Assembly (NCBI RefSeq): GCF_006345805.1
Contig: NC_043001.1
Coordinates: 97,340,001-97,404,000 of the forward strand
Reading direction: 5' to 3'
DNA: 64,000 bases
From: Octopus sinensis
Taxonomy: Eukaryota
Shown: positions 38,681 through 52,378 of the stretch, piece by piece
How positions within the stretch are numbered: the stretch's first letter is position 1
How the letters are laid out: each line of letters begins with the position of its first letter
Position numbers and translations under genes: made by a program
The notes under the pieces: generated by a model
What the model was told of the DNA's origin: nothing
The model's database searches: none
Seen by the model: the letters and a program-made list of their open reading frames with translations, nothing else

Positions 38681-39154
38681 GTCTATACATAAATACGTAC
38701 GTACATACACACGCATACACACACAGAGTTATGTATGTATATTTCACAGAATTTACTCTCTCCATATCGCACACACGTACACACATACATACACACACTC
38801 ACACGTATACATGTATACAAGCATGCACACATAAATATATAAAAAATATAAATACATGCATATAGTTATGTACATATATTCACGACATACGAACACACAT
38901 ATGTACATATATCAACATACCCAAGCTGCATATCCTGTATTCGAAATTCCAAATTCGAAAATGTGCCGGGGCCATTCCATCATGTACAGCTGAAACTGAC
39001 GAGGACTTTGTAAAATCATAGTGTCATCATTGCTTCTGAGAAGTTCATTTTCTGAAAAGTTATTTAATAATATATCTGTATACAGTCATGAATTAACACA
39101 CGCGCCTGGTAACTCATACGACCCCAACGCTAAAGATCCTCAAATACTCATTCA
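37991..39154 (+). repeat. About 165-bp direct repeat pair (37991-38159 and 38990-39154)
   Basis: ctgaaactgacgaggactttg...cctcaaatactcattca is present twice with few differences. Confidence 0.9.
38201..38582 (+). mobile_element. SINE family B, full-length, diverged
   Basis: tRNA-like head ggcgcaggcgtagctgtgtggtaag...; tail ccagcatagccgcagtgaaatgattgaaacaagtaaaagaataaaaga. Confidence 0.85.
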
Positions 39155-39955
39155 TGTGAGTTTGTGCGCAACCGTCATCTGGTTTTGTACTATTTTTGTA
39201 CAGTAAGCACAAAACTTCACTTTTTCATGAGATCTGAATTTCACCTTCAAGTATTAGTGTAATGTGACTAACGTCAGTGCATGCACATTATTTGAAAATA
39301 GAATATAGCCTTGTATAAAAACAACCCTTTTCAGTGAACATTGAGATTACCAATGTTTTGTTCTTATACCTAACATTAAACCCTAAAAGTTGGGTTATAA
39401 AAAGTAAGATAGAAATGGCGAACACATATTGCAAAATTTTAATCATAATATGACATAGGTGTAGGCTTCTGTTCAACCTTCCTCATGGTATTACTTTTAA
39501 AAAGTATCAAAATATCATATAATCTACATTTATTGTAAATTTATAAGGTATATTATGATTTGTAACTTGCTATTTTATGTAGAGTTGGGTGTAAATGTTC
39601 CTGTTCGAATCCCATTTTGTGAGGATTTCTTCACAGACACTTATGACAATATATTTGGCGTACGAATCCCATCTTTTCAGGGATTTTGGCCCAAATTTAC
39701 CATATTTATATATGAGTCAGCTCGTGTACCAAGATACCGAAATGTATTCATTTGTAGCGGAACATCTTATGCGTTTGGAAATAGACATAACCACCTGTGT
39801 TAAGGTGTTTGCTTCTACATCGTTCCGGGCCCAGTACTTCTGTATGGTACCTCACGCAAGCGTCTTTTACAATATCCTCGGGCCCAGAAAATTGAATCTG
39901 GTAAACAGAAATTGAAAGAAGCTTGTCATATATAAATGTGTGTGTGTGTGTGCGC

Positions 39956-40017
<62 letters not shown>

Positions 40018-40109
40018 ATGGAATAAGTGTGAAATTTAGAAAACAAATACTGGGAGAAATCTTACAGTTTCAATCAATGATATCCTTTACATTAGTACCA
40101 TTATTTAAA

Positions 40110-40680
40110 AGTCCCTTTGGTAGTTGAGTGCTGATATTTCCAACCGCACCAATTACTGCTGTCATCGCATCCACTCTCTTCATTGTCCATAACCTGCGTA
40201 TTATTTCTAACTTGAAATCGTCATAGTTGTTCAGTTTTTTTTCTTCTTCGATCCTGTTGCCACTTGGAGATGCTATGTCGATTATCGTGTAAGTTTTTTT
40301 TTCTTTTTAGTTCACCCAAACAACATCAGGCTGCTAATTCCTGATCTGGTGACTACTTAATCATTGCATCCCACAGGATTTTGTAATTTTCATTCTCGGT
40401 AACCCCTGAGAATTGTTCACACCGTGTTTCACCTCTCTATAGGCCGTGATTTCCGCTGGACTTGCAATGGTTCACTCTGGCTACATTGTTAGGTCGTCTC
40501 TTGTAATCATGCTGTACTAATTTGCTAACAGTGTGACATGTCATTTCACCCCTCACACCACATATTCATTCTGCACTTGTCGCTTTAATTTCTTTTGTCC
40601 ATTCTACACTTCATGTAGTTCGTCCCAAGCAACGCGGCATATATTCATGTGGAATATTCTTCCTTACAGTTGAAAGAACG
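40110..40680 (-). mobile_element. Degraded R4/Dong-type RLE remnant
   Basis: Minus-strand fragments KLVQHDYKRRPNNVARVNH, GVTENENYKILWDAMI, IIDIASP and RLWTMKRVDAMTAVIGAVGNIS. Confidence 0.75.
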
Positions 40681-41878
40681 TACGTGATATCATAAGCTTC
40701 TTTTTTTAAAGAGAGGTCTGGGAGAAAGAAAAAACCCAAACGGTGAGCAGAGCATGAGTCCATGAAATATTTCTTAGCATTTGCGAAAGAACAACGATGG
40801 TGTTGGCGTCTCGGTTACATCTAGCACTGACAAAGTAAAAAAAAAAGGCGACCAGTGATCTATGTCCTCATGTGGGATTAGCTTCAGCATAAAATAGCTA
40901 ATTATGCCAGAAAACCACAAATATTTTCTGAGTTCTCGCAGTCGGAACTCTGCTTCTTAAACACATGGTTCTGTGTTCAGTCTCATTGGGGAACACTATA
41001 GGTAAATATTGTAAACTAAAGCCTCGGACAAACAAAAAGCATTTGGAACCTGAAAGAAGCTCGTTGTGTGTGTATATATATATATATATATACAAACATT
41101 TTGTCTTTTATGTTCACTTATAATGAAAATTTTACATTAATCCAATGGACTAATCTATACTTGTGTATAGTACATAATTATTATTATTATTATACAAGAT
41201 CGTTGTTGAAAGTAACTTCAGAATTTAGGCCTGAAAAACGATGGTTTGACTGTGTTGCATTAAAATTAGTTTTCACTTCATGTAGCAATTGTTGATAAAT
41301 ACATAGAGAGACTGATAGACAGACAGACACACATATACACACATAGATAGATAGATAGATATTGAAAGAGGGAGACAGAAAAAGAGGAAGATTGAAGCTG
41401 ATAGAGAGATATATTTTCCGTACGTTAGCATATAGCTCTTCATTTTCCATGAAATTCGACAAGAAACATTGGCTACCATGACAGTTGTTTGCCCGCTGGT
41501 GATGGTTCAAATTATTCTGGCTTAAAATCCTTGCATTTTACGGAAATGTAAACATAAATTTCAATCTATTTTGTTCATTATTTGAGCAAATATTAGGTAA
41601 GAAATACAACGAGAGTTTAAGGTAGTGAAATCACAAAAAACATATAATGCAACGAAAGAGGAGTAATGCAGTAGAGAAAAGAAACAAAATAGTTTTTGTA
41701 CTAAAGCAGTGAAATTAATTATAAACTAGATTTCCATATAGCAAATACAACCATAAAATAAATATACTTGAGAACGCACGAGTTGTTAATTACTGTTCAG
41801 GAATGTAATGCAAAAAGAGTACCAATAGAATTAAATTATGGTGATATACCTCTCTCTTTCTTTCTCTAACTCGCCCTC

Positions 41879-41939
<61 letters not shown>

Positions 41940-42090
41940 ACATGCATACATATATTTGTGGGTATACGTCCATGGCGCTGTGGTATACGTGTATGTGTGT
42001 GCACGCGTGGATGTGTGGTGAGAGGCCTCCTACCCAAGTCCATGCATCCGGGTTCAGAACTACCTCTTTGCCTTCCCGCAAATTAGTGGT

Positions 42091-42367
42091 TCCTCTTTTA
42101 CTTGGTTCAGTCATATGACTTTGATCATGCTGGAGCACCGCCTTTAGTCGAGCAAATCTACCCCAGGGCTTATTATTTGTAAGACTAGTACTTATCTCTA
42201 ACGGTTACTTTTGCCGAACCACTAAGTTACAGGGACATAAACACTGCAGCATCTGTTGTCAAGCAAAGTTGGGGGATAAACACAGACACACAAACATACA
42301 CGAACACACACACACACACACACATACACACACACATATACACACATACAAACACACACCCACACAC

Positions 42368-42414
<47 letters not shown>

Positions 42415-42578
42415 TATATATACGACGGGCGTCTTTCAGTTTCCGTCTACCAAATCCATTCAAAAGCTTTTGGTCGGCGCGAGGCTATAGTAGGAGACAC
42501 TTGTCCAAGACACCACGCAGTGGGACTGAACGCGGAACCATGTGGTTCGTAAGCAAGCTACATACCGCACAGCTACTC

Positions 42579-42580
<2 letters not shown>
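42091..42580 (-). mobile_element. SINE family B with internal CA/TA microsatellite
   Basis: Reverse complement of the family B head and of the tail ggcggtgctccagcatg...gactgaaccaagtaaaagag. Confidence 0.88.
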
Positions 42581-42652
<72 letters not shown>

Positions 42653-42654
42653 CA

Positions 42655-43030
42655 TATTCTTTCACTTTTAGTAGTCATTCGACTGTAGCCATGCTGTAGT
42701 AACGCCTTTAATGTTTCTAGGCGAAGAAATCGACCACAAGACCTATTTTTTAAAGCCTAGTACATATTTTCACGTAACTTTGCCAAACCGCTAAGTTGCG
42801 TGTACATAGACACACCGGCTGAGGTTGTCAAGCGATGGCAGGGGGACAAGCAAAGAGAGAGAAAGAGAAAGAGAAAGACACACACAGCTACGCAAAGGCC
42901 GATACAACTTGGCACCTGTGACGTCGCAACTTATTTCTACAGGGAACTGGAGCAACGTGAAGTAGATTATCTTGCTGAAGAACACAAAACGCAGCCCGGT
43001 CCGACGATCTAACCACTGAGCCATGCGCCT
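42655..43030 (-). mobile_element. Chimeric SINE: family C head and core joined to a family B 3' half
   Basis: 5' part ggcgcatggctcagtggttag...gtgttcttcagcaagataatctacttcacgttgctccagt matches the 45.4 kb SINE. 3' part gcttgacaacc...aacttagcggtttggcaaa...cagcatggctacagtc matches family B. Confidence 0.7.
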
Positions 43031-43045
43031 GCATATCTCTCTATC

Positions 43046-43093
<48 letters not shown>

Positions 43094-43735
43094 CATATAT
43101 ATGTAAATGTAAGATATATATGTATGCTTGTGTACATGCACATGTATATGTATATATTTATATATACATCTGTATATATGCCAATATATATATCTATGTG
43201 TGTGTTTGTGTATGTGCGTATTGATATGTTTGTAAAAAGTTGTATATGTATGCATGTGTCCATATATATACGTGTTTACGTACACCTTGTTTGCATAATG
43301 CCAATTGCCCTGAATATATTTGTGAGACATGTAAAGCAGGGCAGGTGAGATTATACATATATTTCGCTTTCTTATTCCGCAATTCTGTGAGCAACACAAA
43401 TACACCAATCTATTAATGTTTGACAAAATAAATTGGTAAACAGCAATCCTTCTTCAAGGGAGCAAGAGAGGTAGTTTCTACGACATCCTCCTTTTTTTAA
43501 TTTCGTGTGATTTTATTTTCTTTATTAATTTTTTTTATCACCGTGGGAAAACACGCTGAAAGTTAATTTACCTGCATATCCCTTTAAAAACATGTTGCTC
43601 ATACCGCGTAGCACTGAGGCATACATATAACATAACTTTACATACGTTCATGCATATACATACATACACACACATATACACACATATATATGAATATACA
43701 TATATATATACACAAATACATACATATGCATATAC

Positions 43736-43778
<43 letters not shown>

Positions 43779-43781
43779 TAT

Positions 43782-43813
<32 letters not shown>

Positions 43814-44218
43814 ATATTATATATATATATATATGCATATGTACTCATGTACGTTTTATGAAAATAAGTTTTGGCATCTCCAATTTTATTAATGTTTTCA
43901 TATTTCCTAAATAATCTCAAGTGTAAACTAATATTTTTATTAAATCCCCTAAAAATCCTTAAGGAGTTATTAAATTGTAAACAAACACATCCCATACGGT
44001 ATCTATCGCTGTATCTCTCTGCATATCTACATGCATATATATATGTATATATATATACAGGCACGTGCACACACACATACACACGCCTGAGTGTGTGAGT
44101 GTGTGTAAGGGCATCAAATTGTGAGTTTAGTTGGGAGTATACTGGATACTGGCAAAAGACCTTAAGTGTTGCGTGTTTGTCCATATAAAGCTATCGTATT
44201 ATATTTACTTGTAGCTAA

Positions 44219-44633
44219 GGCGCCGAGCTGGCAGAAGCGTTAGCATGCCGGGCGAAATGGTTAGCAGTATTTCGTCTTTCATTTCGTTCTGAGTTCAAAT
44301 TCCGCCGAGTTCGACTTATATTGTTATAAGTGTCTGTGAAGAAATCCTCACAAAATGGGATTCGAACGGGAACATTTACACCCAAGTCTACATAAAATAG
44401 CACGTTACAAATCATAATATACCTTATAAATTTACAATAAATGTAGATTATATGATATTTTCATACTTTTTAAAAGTAATACCATGAGAAAGGTTGAATA
44501 GAATCCTACACCTATGATGTCATATTATGATTAAAATAAGTACCATTTACGCATTAGGTCGATGTAATCGACTTTAATCACTTTGTCTGTCCTTGTTTGT
44601 CCTCTCTATATTTAACTTCCTATGGGCAATAAT
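44219..44633 (+). mobile_element. SINE family A interrupted by a 220-bp insertion (44318-44537)
   Basis: The head ends at ...gagttcgactt and the tail resumes at aaaataagtacc... Confidence 0.8.
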
Positions 44634-44769
44634 GATATATATATATACATGGATGTTATATGGATTTATATATTTCTCCCTTGTTTACAATTAATACGGA
44701 AATATAGATAAACAGTTACCAGGGCAGCAAAAATTACACAAGTTATAAGGACGTAAAACCCTGTTTTTC

Positions 44770-45090
44770 AAGGTATAAACTCCGGGTTGCTGTGAACGTT
44801 TTTGTATAATACATATAAATAAATAAATGGAGTTAAACGCAGTTGTTATTCAAATTCTTCTACTTCCGACACATGTTTCGGAGACAAAATTGGTATTATT
44901 CCAAAGGATTAAAATGGTGTAAAACAATGTAATCTTCTCATCAGGAAAATAAATAAATAAACAAAAGTCATCAATAAGACATTTTAACAGAATGTGATGG
45001 ATGGGTATAATGATGAAATGAATAATACTAATGTCTTCGATAAATTTGTTAGAAGTAAAAGAATCTGAATAACACCAACGTTTAACTCCA
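44770..45090 (-). mobile_element. Fold-back mini element, family 5, with HHR-like motif at 44864-44948(-)
   Basis: Short inverted arms 44828-44866 and about 45051-45090. Minus strand: TTC-CTGATGA-G...C-GAAAC-ATGT-GTC-GGAA. Confidence 0.65.
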
Positions 45091-45094
45091 TATA

Positions 45095-45189
<95 letters not shown>

Positions 45190-45239
45190 TATATATATAT
45201 ATGTGTGTGTGTGTGTATATATATATATACATATGTATA

Positions 45240-45316
<77 letters not shown>

Positions 45317-45318
45317 TA

Positions 45319-45372
<54 letters not shown>

Positions 45373-45377
45373 GGTGA

Positions 45378-45697
45378 GGGCGCGTGGCTTAGTGGTTAGG
45401 GCATTCGGCTCATGATCGTAAGGTTGTGAGTTCGATTCCCGGCGACGCGTTGTGTCCTTGAGCAAGACACTTTATTTCACGTTGCTCCAGTCCACTCAGC
45501 TGGCAAAAATGAGTTGTACTTGTATTTCAAAGGGTCAGCCTTGTCACTCTCTGTGTCACGCTGATTATCCCCGAGAACTACGTTAAGGGTACACGTGTCT
45601 GTGGAATGCTCAGCCATTTGCACGTTAATTTCACGAGCAAGCTGTTCCGTTGATCGTATCAGCTGGGACCCTCGTCGTCGTAACCGGCGGAGTCTTT
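45378..45697 (+). mobile_element. tRNA-derived SINE family C, full-length
   Basis: A box ggcttagtggttagg, B box gagttcgattcc, central gtgtccttgagcaagacactt domain resembling conserved SINE cores (V/Meta-type; exact class not resolved). Confidence 0.85.
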
Positions 45698-45706
45698 AAA
45701 TATATA

Positions 45707-45750
<44 letters not shown>

Positions 45751-48700
45751 TAAATTTTAGGGTACCCAAAAATTCTAGAAAAATTCTCCGCTACCAGCGG
45801 TCAAGTGAGAAAGAAAAAATAGATATATCTACAAGTTTCTTTGTGTATAGATTCTATTTATCTTTTATCGTTAAATCGATATTTTAGGGCATGTAAAGGT
45901 GTCGCAATTTTATTATTTTATTTGTTGAATTTGAGAATTTCATTTTTATAGTTTTAACCGAAGCTTAACTCGTAGCTGCAAACCTTCTGCCTGAACCTCG
46001 CCTTAAACATTTAGTTGTAGCTCCTCTTGTCATGCGCCTGGCCTTAGAGTTACATAAGATTTATATACTACTTCATGTTGGATATAACGGAGGAAGTTCC
46101 CGTATTTTTTCATATAGTATCTGTATAAGTGTCCTTCAAAGATGAGAATGTAATTGACAGTAAGGAAGAGGCAGTTTGTTGCAGTACTGATCCGTTTTAA
46201 ACATGCCTGGATAAAATAGAATAAGTCATGATATTTCTATTGAAAATCATGTGAATAATGTTACATACTTAACATATTATTAACGAAAGACCGAATGTCA
46301 CTTGCGCTGACTGAAGCCAGATAAGTTATAATAAAGTGTATGCTAGTAAAAGGGAAATCTCAATGACGCCTCATGGCCTATTGTTATTAGTTCCAGCGTT
46401 CCAAGACATTAATGCACACTTCACAATTTTTCTGTTGACTTCTGTCGCTTCGGAGTGGTACATCTTAATCGACTCATCAAAAAAGGCCACAGACGACATG
46501 TTTTGTAGTATAACATTAATGTGAAGCAAAATACAAATGCTAATATTACAATGTACATTCTGTCCACTTAAATGAAACGTACGAAAACACGGGTATCGTA
46601 AATAACAATCGTCAATACGGTGTTTATGAAGGGAATCTCTGTAGACAACTGAGAATGTCGGTCATGCTAATGAAATTGCAAGCTGTATTTATCGCATGCT
46701 GTTGTTTCTTATGCCCATATGTTGAACCTGAATCACTATAATACATATGAGCTGTAAATATAGAGAATGTATGTCCTAAGTATTTGTGTTTTTATTCCAG
46801 CAGTATATTACTTTCCAGGTGAAGCTTGGTTGAAGATAGAATTTTGGTAATACAATAGGTATAGTCAATTCGTTTCTAAACCATAATCCTTGATGTAAAA
46901 GTTTTAATCTTAAATGACCGAGCTTAATGGGTTCATAGGGAAATTACAAAACTCATTGAAATCAAGTAAACCTGCAGTAGTTAGGAATAATAGCTTCGTA
47001 GATTTTAAGTCACTATTCTAAAACTTTGTAGGTTATTATACATTGATATTTTATTTGAAAATATCAATCGCTCTCACTATATTTCAAGCTTGGTTTTATT
47101 AGAAATACACTTTATATTGTCTTATCCAGATTCTTTCCCAAAAATGTGTGTACTCAGTGATAATGAAGAAGAATGAATACATTAAAATATTCATGTAATG
47201 CATAGAAGAAAATATGAGATGTCAATGAAGTTATGATGAGGAATTTCTTTTGTTTAACTCAAATTCTATGAAAGATAAAAAGAAAAGCAACAACAGGTTG
47301 AAAATTTGTATAATGCATATTATTTATATAGATGGGATTCTAATGGACAGTTGGATGCAAAACGAAAATATTTTGTGTAAGCAAATGAAGTCTACGCTGT
47401 ATGGTTTATTTCTAGAAACGAACATATTTTATATAAAAAGTTATTAAATATAAAATATATATTTAAGTATTAATAAATGTCACAAAAATATGTGTCACAA
47501 TTTTACATTTCTCTGAAAATCTAAAGACAGATTTAGAATCAGTAACGAAACCATTCTCAAAACATTATTTTCTTCTCTGATAAAACAAAAAGAGATAATT
47601 TTCTTGATTAGTGTAGTCAATAACGCATAAAATATGAGGTATATCTGTTGAATACGCTGAAGATTCTCATTTTATCATTATTGTTATGAAGGCCTGTGTA
47701 CTGTTTTTTTTAATATTAATTTGTAAGCTTTTTTATGTTCTTCCGTTTCATACCCATATCAGCAATTTTCCAGTTGATGTCCACAACAGTTTACGTCTGA
47801 TTGTGGGGGCTGATACACAAAGAATATTAGATTGCAACAAATAGGTTAGCGAAAGAAAAGAAAGGAAGAGGTTAGCAAAGCAAAGAAAACTAAGGAGAAA
47901 ATAAACGACCATATTCACGCTTGCGTGAAGATTAGAACTATAAACGTTGCATCAATCAAAAAAAAAAAAATCGCTTTAGCAAATCATATGGATTTGTGAC
48001 GTTCCAATTATTATGGCTGCCGAACTAATCTGTTTAGTTGATCAGTACTAATCCAAATGGAGAGAAATGCTGACACTTTTACTATCGGAAAACGTTTGCA
48101 GATGCAAATCGTCTTCCGTTAGTAAATGTAGTTAAATAAAGAGTTTAAAATTGATGTCTGTTTAAATGATATTTTTCTCATGTTTTTAAATTTACTTATT
48201 TCAGCAGAATTTTGATTCAACGTGAAAGATTATTGATTGTTATAGCTATACATATTAGGCTTAACTCCAATCTCCAGCATTGATATTTAAAAAAAATTCA
48301 TTTATAACTGAACCAAAAACCAGAATAGTCGCAACTGAAACAAAACAGTTGCATTTAACTCTTGATTTATATAAGTAAACGTGTAATATGACCGGTTTAC
48401 ATACTCTTCACTCTCAATAACAAAATAATATACAGAAAAAATTTAATGTTTCAAATAAAACAGACAAACAAAAAATGCAATTAGCAAAACCTTTTAAAAG
48501 CTGGATCCACAAATCTGGATTCAAAAGGAATCATTAGAATACAATATTCTCACTTCTTCGGGTATATAATTGCAAATGGCAATAGCCAAGTGAAGTCATT
48601 TGACATCTCGAAAAATTCTTGTACTTAGGGGAGTCTATAAGTCTATCAAGAGTGAATTTAGCGATATAACATCGTATCCAGTTACATCTGCCATGTAATT

Positions 48701-49143
48701 TAGAAATGTAACGAATACAACTTAATTATTTTTCAGTTCAGCATTACACAAATGGTATTTAGATAATATATAATATAATGCAGGACAGGTATTATAACTA
48801 CCAAGTTATTATAGTATCTCAATTAATCTTCGTCTTGGCTCATACAGAGTAGCAAATGAAGATATCCTTTGACATTTATCTTACTTGATGTTAAAAATTA
48901 AAGGGATGTCAAGATCTGCAAATGGAGTTGGAACTCTGAATAGCATATAGATAATGGTAGAGGTGGACATTGCCCAACGCTAATTCCATGATTACACCCA
49001 ACAGGACGGAAGAACAGGAATACAGCTTGTAGTGCTTTGGTTTTGACAATCAAAGATTCCAAGAATTCGGGCCTTGTGCCTAGAGTAAAATAATAATAAT
49101 AATAATTTATTTTGTCTTAAAGCATTTCAGTCAAGCCACAACG

Positions 49144-49365
49144 ATGACGACGTTGTTAATGATGATGACGATGATGACGAGTACGGCGATGGCAACTATG
49201 TCGATGATACTAATGATGATGATGACAACGACGACGGCCACGAGAGACATTATTTTGATAACTCACTACAACGATTTTGATGAAGGCGATGACAATGATA
49301 ATGATGACGACGATGATGACGATAACGATGATGATGACGACGAAGTCGAGAATGACGGCGATGAT
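49144..49365. repeat. Degenerate (GAT/GAC)n trinucleotide repeat
   Basis: Direct reading of the sequence. Confidence 0.9.
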
Positions 49366-50122
49366 AAAGATTGGCAAGGTATTGTTGAGGTTCTGAGAAC
49401 CTAAACATAGCTATGTTTGATATATTTTCAATTAATCCTACTCATTATTCTTTTATTCATTTAGGCCTTTCATGCCTTGTTATACTTCTAAGTAATGCAA
49501 AAACATTAATCGTTTCGATATATTTTTCTTTCTCAATACGTCTCAAAGATGTTACCACAATACTTTGCGATCTTACGTCTGTTCGGGACTACCATATGTA
49601 CTACTAATTATCCACCAGCCTCACCACGGACCATACTATAAACTCTCGGTTGAAGTATGGTGTATACTTCAACGATGATCTAAATTCCGGTTGCTCTCCT
49701 TCAGTAACAATATACAAGAGTTCTGGTTACGTATCATTCATCACATAGAACAATGGTGTACTGTTTAATCAACGTCCAAACCTAGTGAAAGCAATAGGAA
49801 GGGGCTGTAGCTGTCAGGGTCAGAACCTATCTTGAAAAAATGGTATCGATCAAAATTGGATGTGAATCCAAATAGACGTACTTATTCAGGTTGCACGTAA
49901 TGCAAGTCCAAGAAAAAGACACGCACGCGCACAAGCACATACACATAGACACACAAATGCAACATTGCTCTAATGCGCGTATATATATATAATATATATA
50001 TATATATATTTATTTATTTCTCTGTTGAGTGTGTGTGTGAGCGTGAGTGAGTTTGTGCCTGTGTGTAGTGTATGAACATATACATATATAATAATATATT
50101 AAATATAATAATATATATATAT

Positions 50123-50156
<34 letters not shown>

Positions 50157-50362
50157 ATGTATGTATAAACACAGTGCTCTACATACATAAAAAATATATA
50201 CGTATACACACACACACATTATATATATATATATATTACATAAAACACATATATATATAATACATATATAAGCAGATACAATGCGCTGTTTGTTTAAGTA
50301 CGTGCTGTATATAGCGTGTGTATATGCTTATATATACAAGTCCAGCAAAAAATGCATATACT

Positions 50363-50401
<39 letters not shown>

Positions 50402-50412
50402 ATATATCCATA

Positions 50413-50473
<61 letters not shown>

Positions 50474-50993
50474 ATACAAATATATATATATATATTATAT
50501 ATACCTAAATACATAAGCGTTTACTTGAAACTATTTGGATATCTTAATCGATCACGAAGGAAATCATACTGAAGAAAGTTTATGTGGGAAGCGATAATTT
50601 CTACAAGATATGTAAGCATATGGATCAAAGTTCATTTAATATCATGTCTGTTACGTACTTTCTCTTTTCCTCCTTTCTCTTATTGTCTCCTTCACTCCTC
50701 CCTCTCTAATTTTTTTGTTGTTTCCTTAATCTCTCGGTTCTCAATCTATTTTGTTTTGTTTTGTTTTTCGTTCTTCTTTTCTTTTGAAACCTATAAATGG
50801 TAAGGCGACTCGAGAATCTAAAACGTTTCCTCACATATCTGCATATTACTTACCAAAACAATAACGATAAAATAGAAAGAAATAATTTGCTAAAGAGAGC
50901 AGAGACTGTTTCAGCGATAAGAATAAGTTGGATGCAAGACGAAGATAAATGTATCTCGACCTTTTTCACTTTTCATACATACGTGAATATATA

Positions 50994-51025
<32 letters not shown>

Positions 51026-51137
51026 CATATATATATACATATATACATACATATATACATATATACATATATATATATACATATATACATATATATACAA
51101 TATATATACATATATATATACATCTATATATATATAC

Positions 51138-51221
<84 letters not shown>

Positions 51222-51371
51222 TACATATATATATGCATATATATACGTATATATATATATATATATATATATGTTATATAAATAAATGCGTATATATTAT
51301 ATATGTATATATACGTATATATATGTGTGTGAGTATTTATATATGAATGTGTATATATATATATATATATT

Positions 51372-51408
<37 letters not shown>

Positions 51409-51719
51409 CTATACTCTCTTATACATATATGTAAGTTTAGATACACATACATATGTAGGTGCAATATGTGCACGCATATTGTTTGTATAGTGTGAGACAG
51501 AGATAAATGAAGAATAGGCCTGCGGATAAGAAGCACACATCAAAATAGAATATATTACTTTTTACCAATTATCAAAAGACAGCCTTATGCCGCAAAAGTT
51601 TGCTTAGCTACCACGTAGTTAATGGCTCGATCCCGATGTGCAGGAAGATAACATCACATATCCATATATCAAAGATGTGTAACACATATGAAATAATACT
51701 AGGATGCGGACTAAATCCA

Positions 51720-52230
51720 ACGGAAACGAAATTTATATTAAAGTGCTTACGCAATTGTGGAAACATGTTCTGACTTTAAAGACAGTTTAGGAGGGAGTTT
51801 CAAATTATCCACATACGCGACGTACAATAACTCGAATTAGCAATGAGGAGATCTGTTCAAAATGGGCAGATCTTTGCAAAATATTCGCAGCAGATGTTCA
51901 GAATACCGGTGATATGAATGCAATCCAAAACCGCAGAGACATTTTACCAGAAATTTGTCGTCAAAAGTCAAAAATATTCAAAATTCTGTGTCAATCTTGA
52001 TTTCAAGCGATACCACTGGAAAGGTTAGACTCCAAGGAAATTTTATCCTCTCAAGAAGGATAATATAAACCAAATAGCGGAGCTTTGCGAGGGTTATATT
52101 GCAAGACGCAAAGAAAATAAAGACTTTACAATATGGGTTACTTGTAGTGGTGAGGATACATTCGAAATTAATGGCAAAATTAACTACTACAATTTCACCC
52201 ACAAGGAACCTAACATTCAGCATAATATGG
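51720..52230 (+). pseudogene. Degraded Tc1/mariner-superfamily transposase (N-terminal HTH to the first catalytic Asp region)
   Basis: Fragments RQFRREFQ, PHTRRTITRI, KRYHWKG*TPRK...ELCEGY and TCSGEDTFEINGKINYYN parallel the remembered consensus RQxRREF..PPTRLTIxRI / WKxYIPRL / WSDEAxFxLNGxVNRHN. Confidence 0.7.
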
Positions 52231-52378
52231 AGAAACATTATTCTAATTAACTAGGAGTTAGATAAAGGTGTGGCTTATTTTGAAATGTATTAAGAGGATC
52301 ATTCTTTTCTGACGTTATTTTCACCGGTCACTTTACTGGAACGGGTTGCAATAGACTGTCATGCCGAACATCCAGGAG

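Noticed and set aside
45378-45445. tRNA genes at SINE heads (also 55990-56051)
   Set aside because: A and B boxes are present, but the sequences continue into SINE bodies and lack a complete cloverleaf with acceptor stem.
46655-46741. sORF MSVMLMKLQAVFIACCCFLCPYVEPESL resembling a signal peptide
   Set aside because: Only 28 codons, with no phase-compatible donor to the nearby exon-like segment.
48560-49080. Possible ancient RLE LINE remnant
   Set aside because: The motif echoes are too degraded to support, and the 3' part resembles a SINE tail.
49144-49404. Asp-rich or Met/Thr-rich ORF
   Set aside because: Explained by the GAT/GAC trinucleotide repeat.
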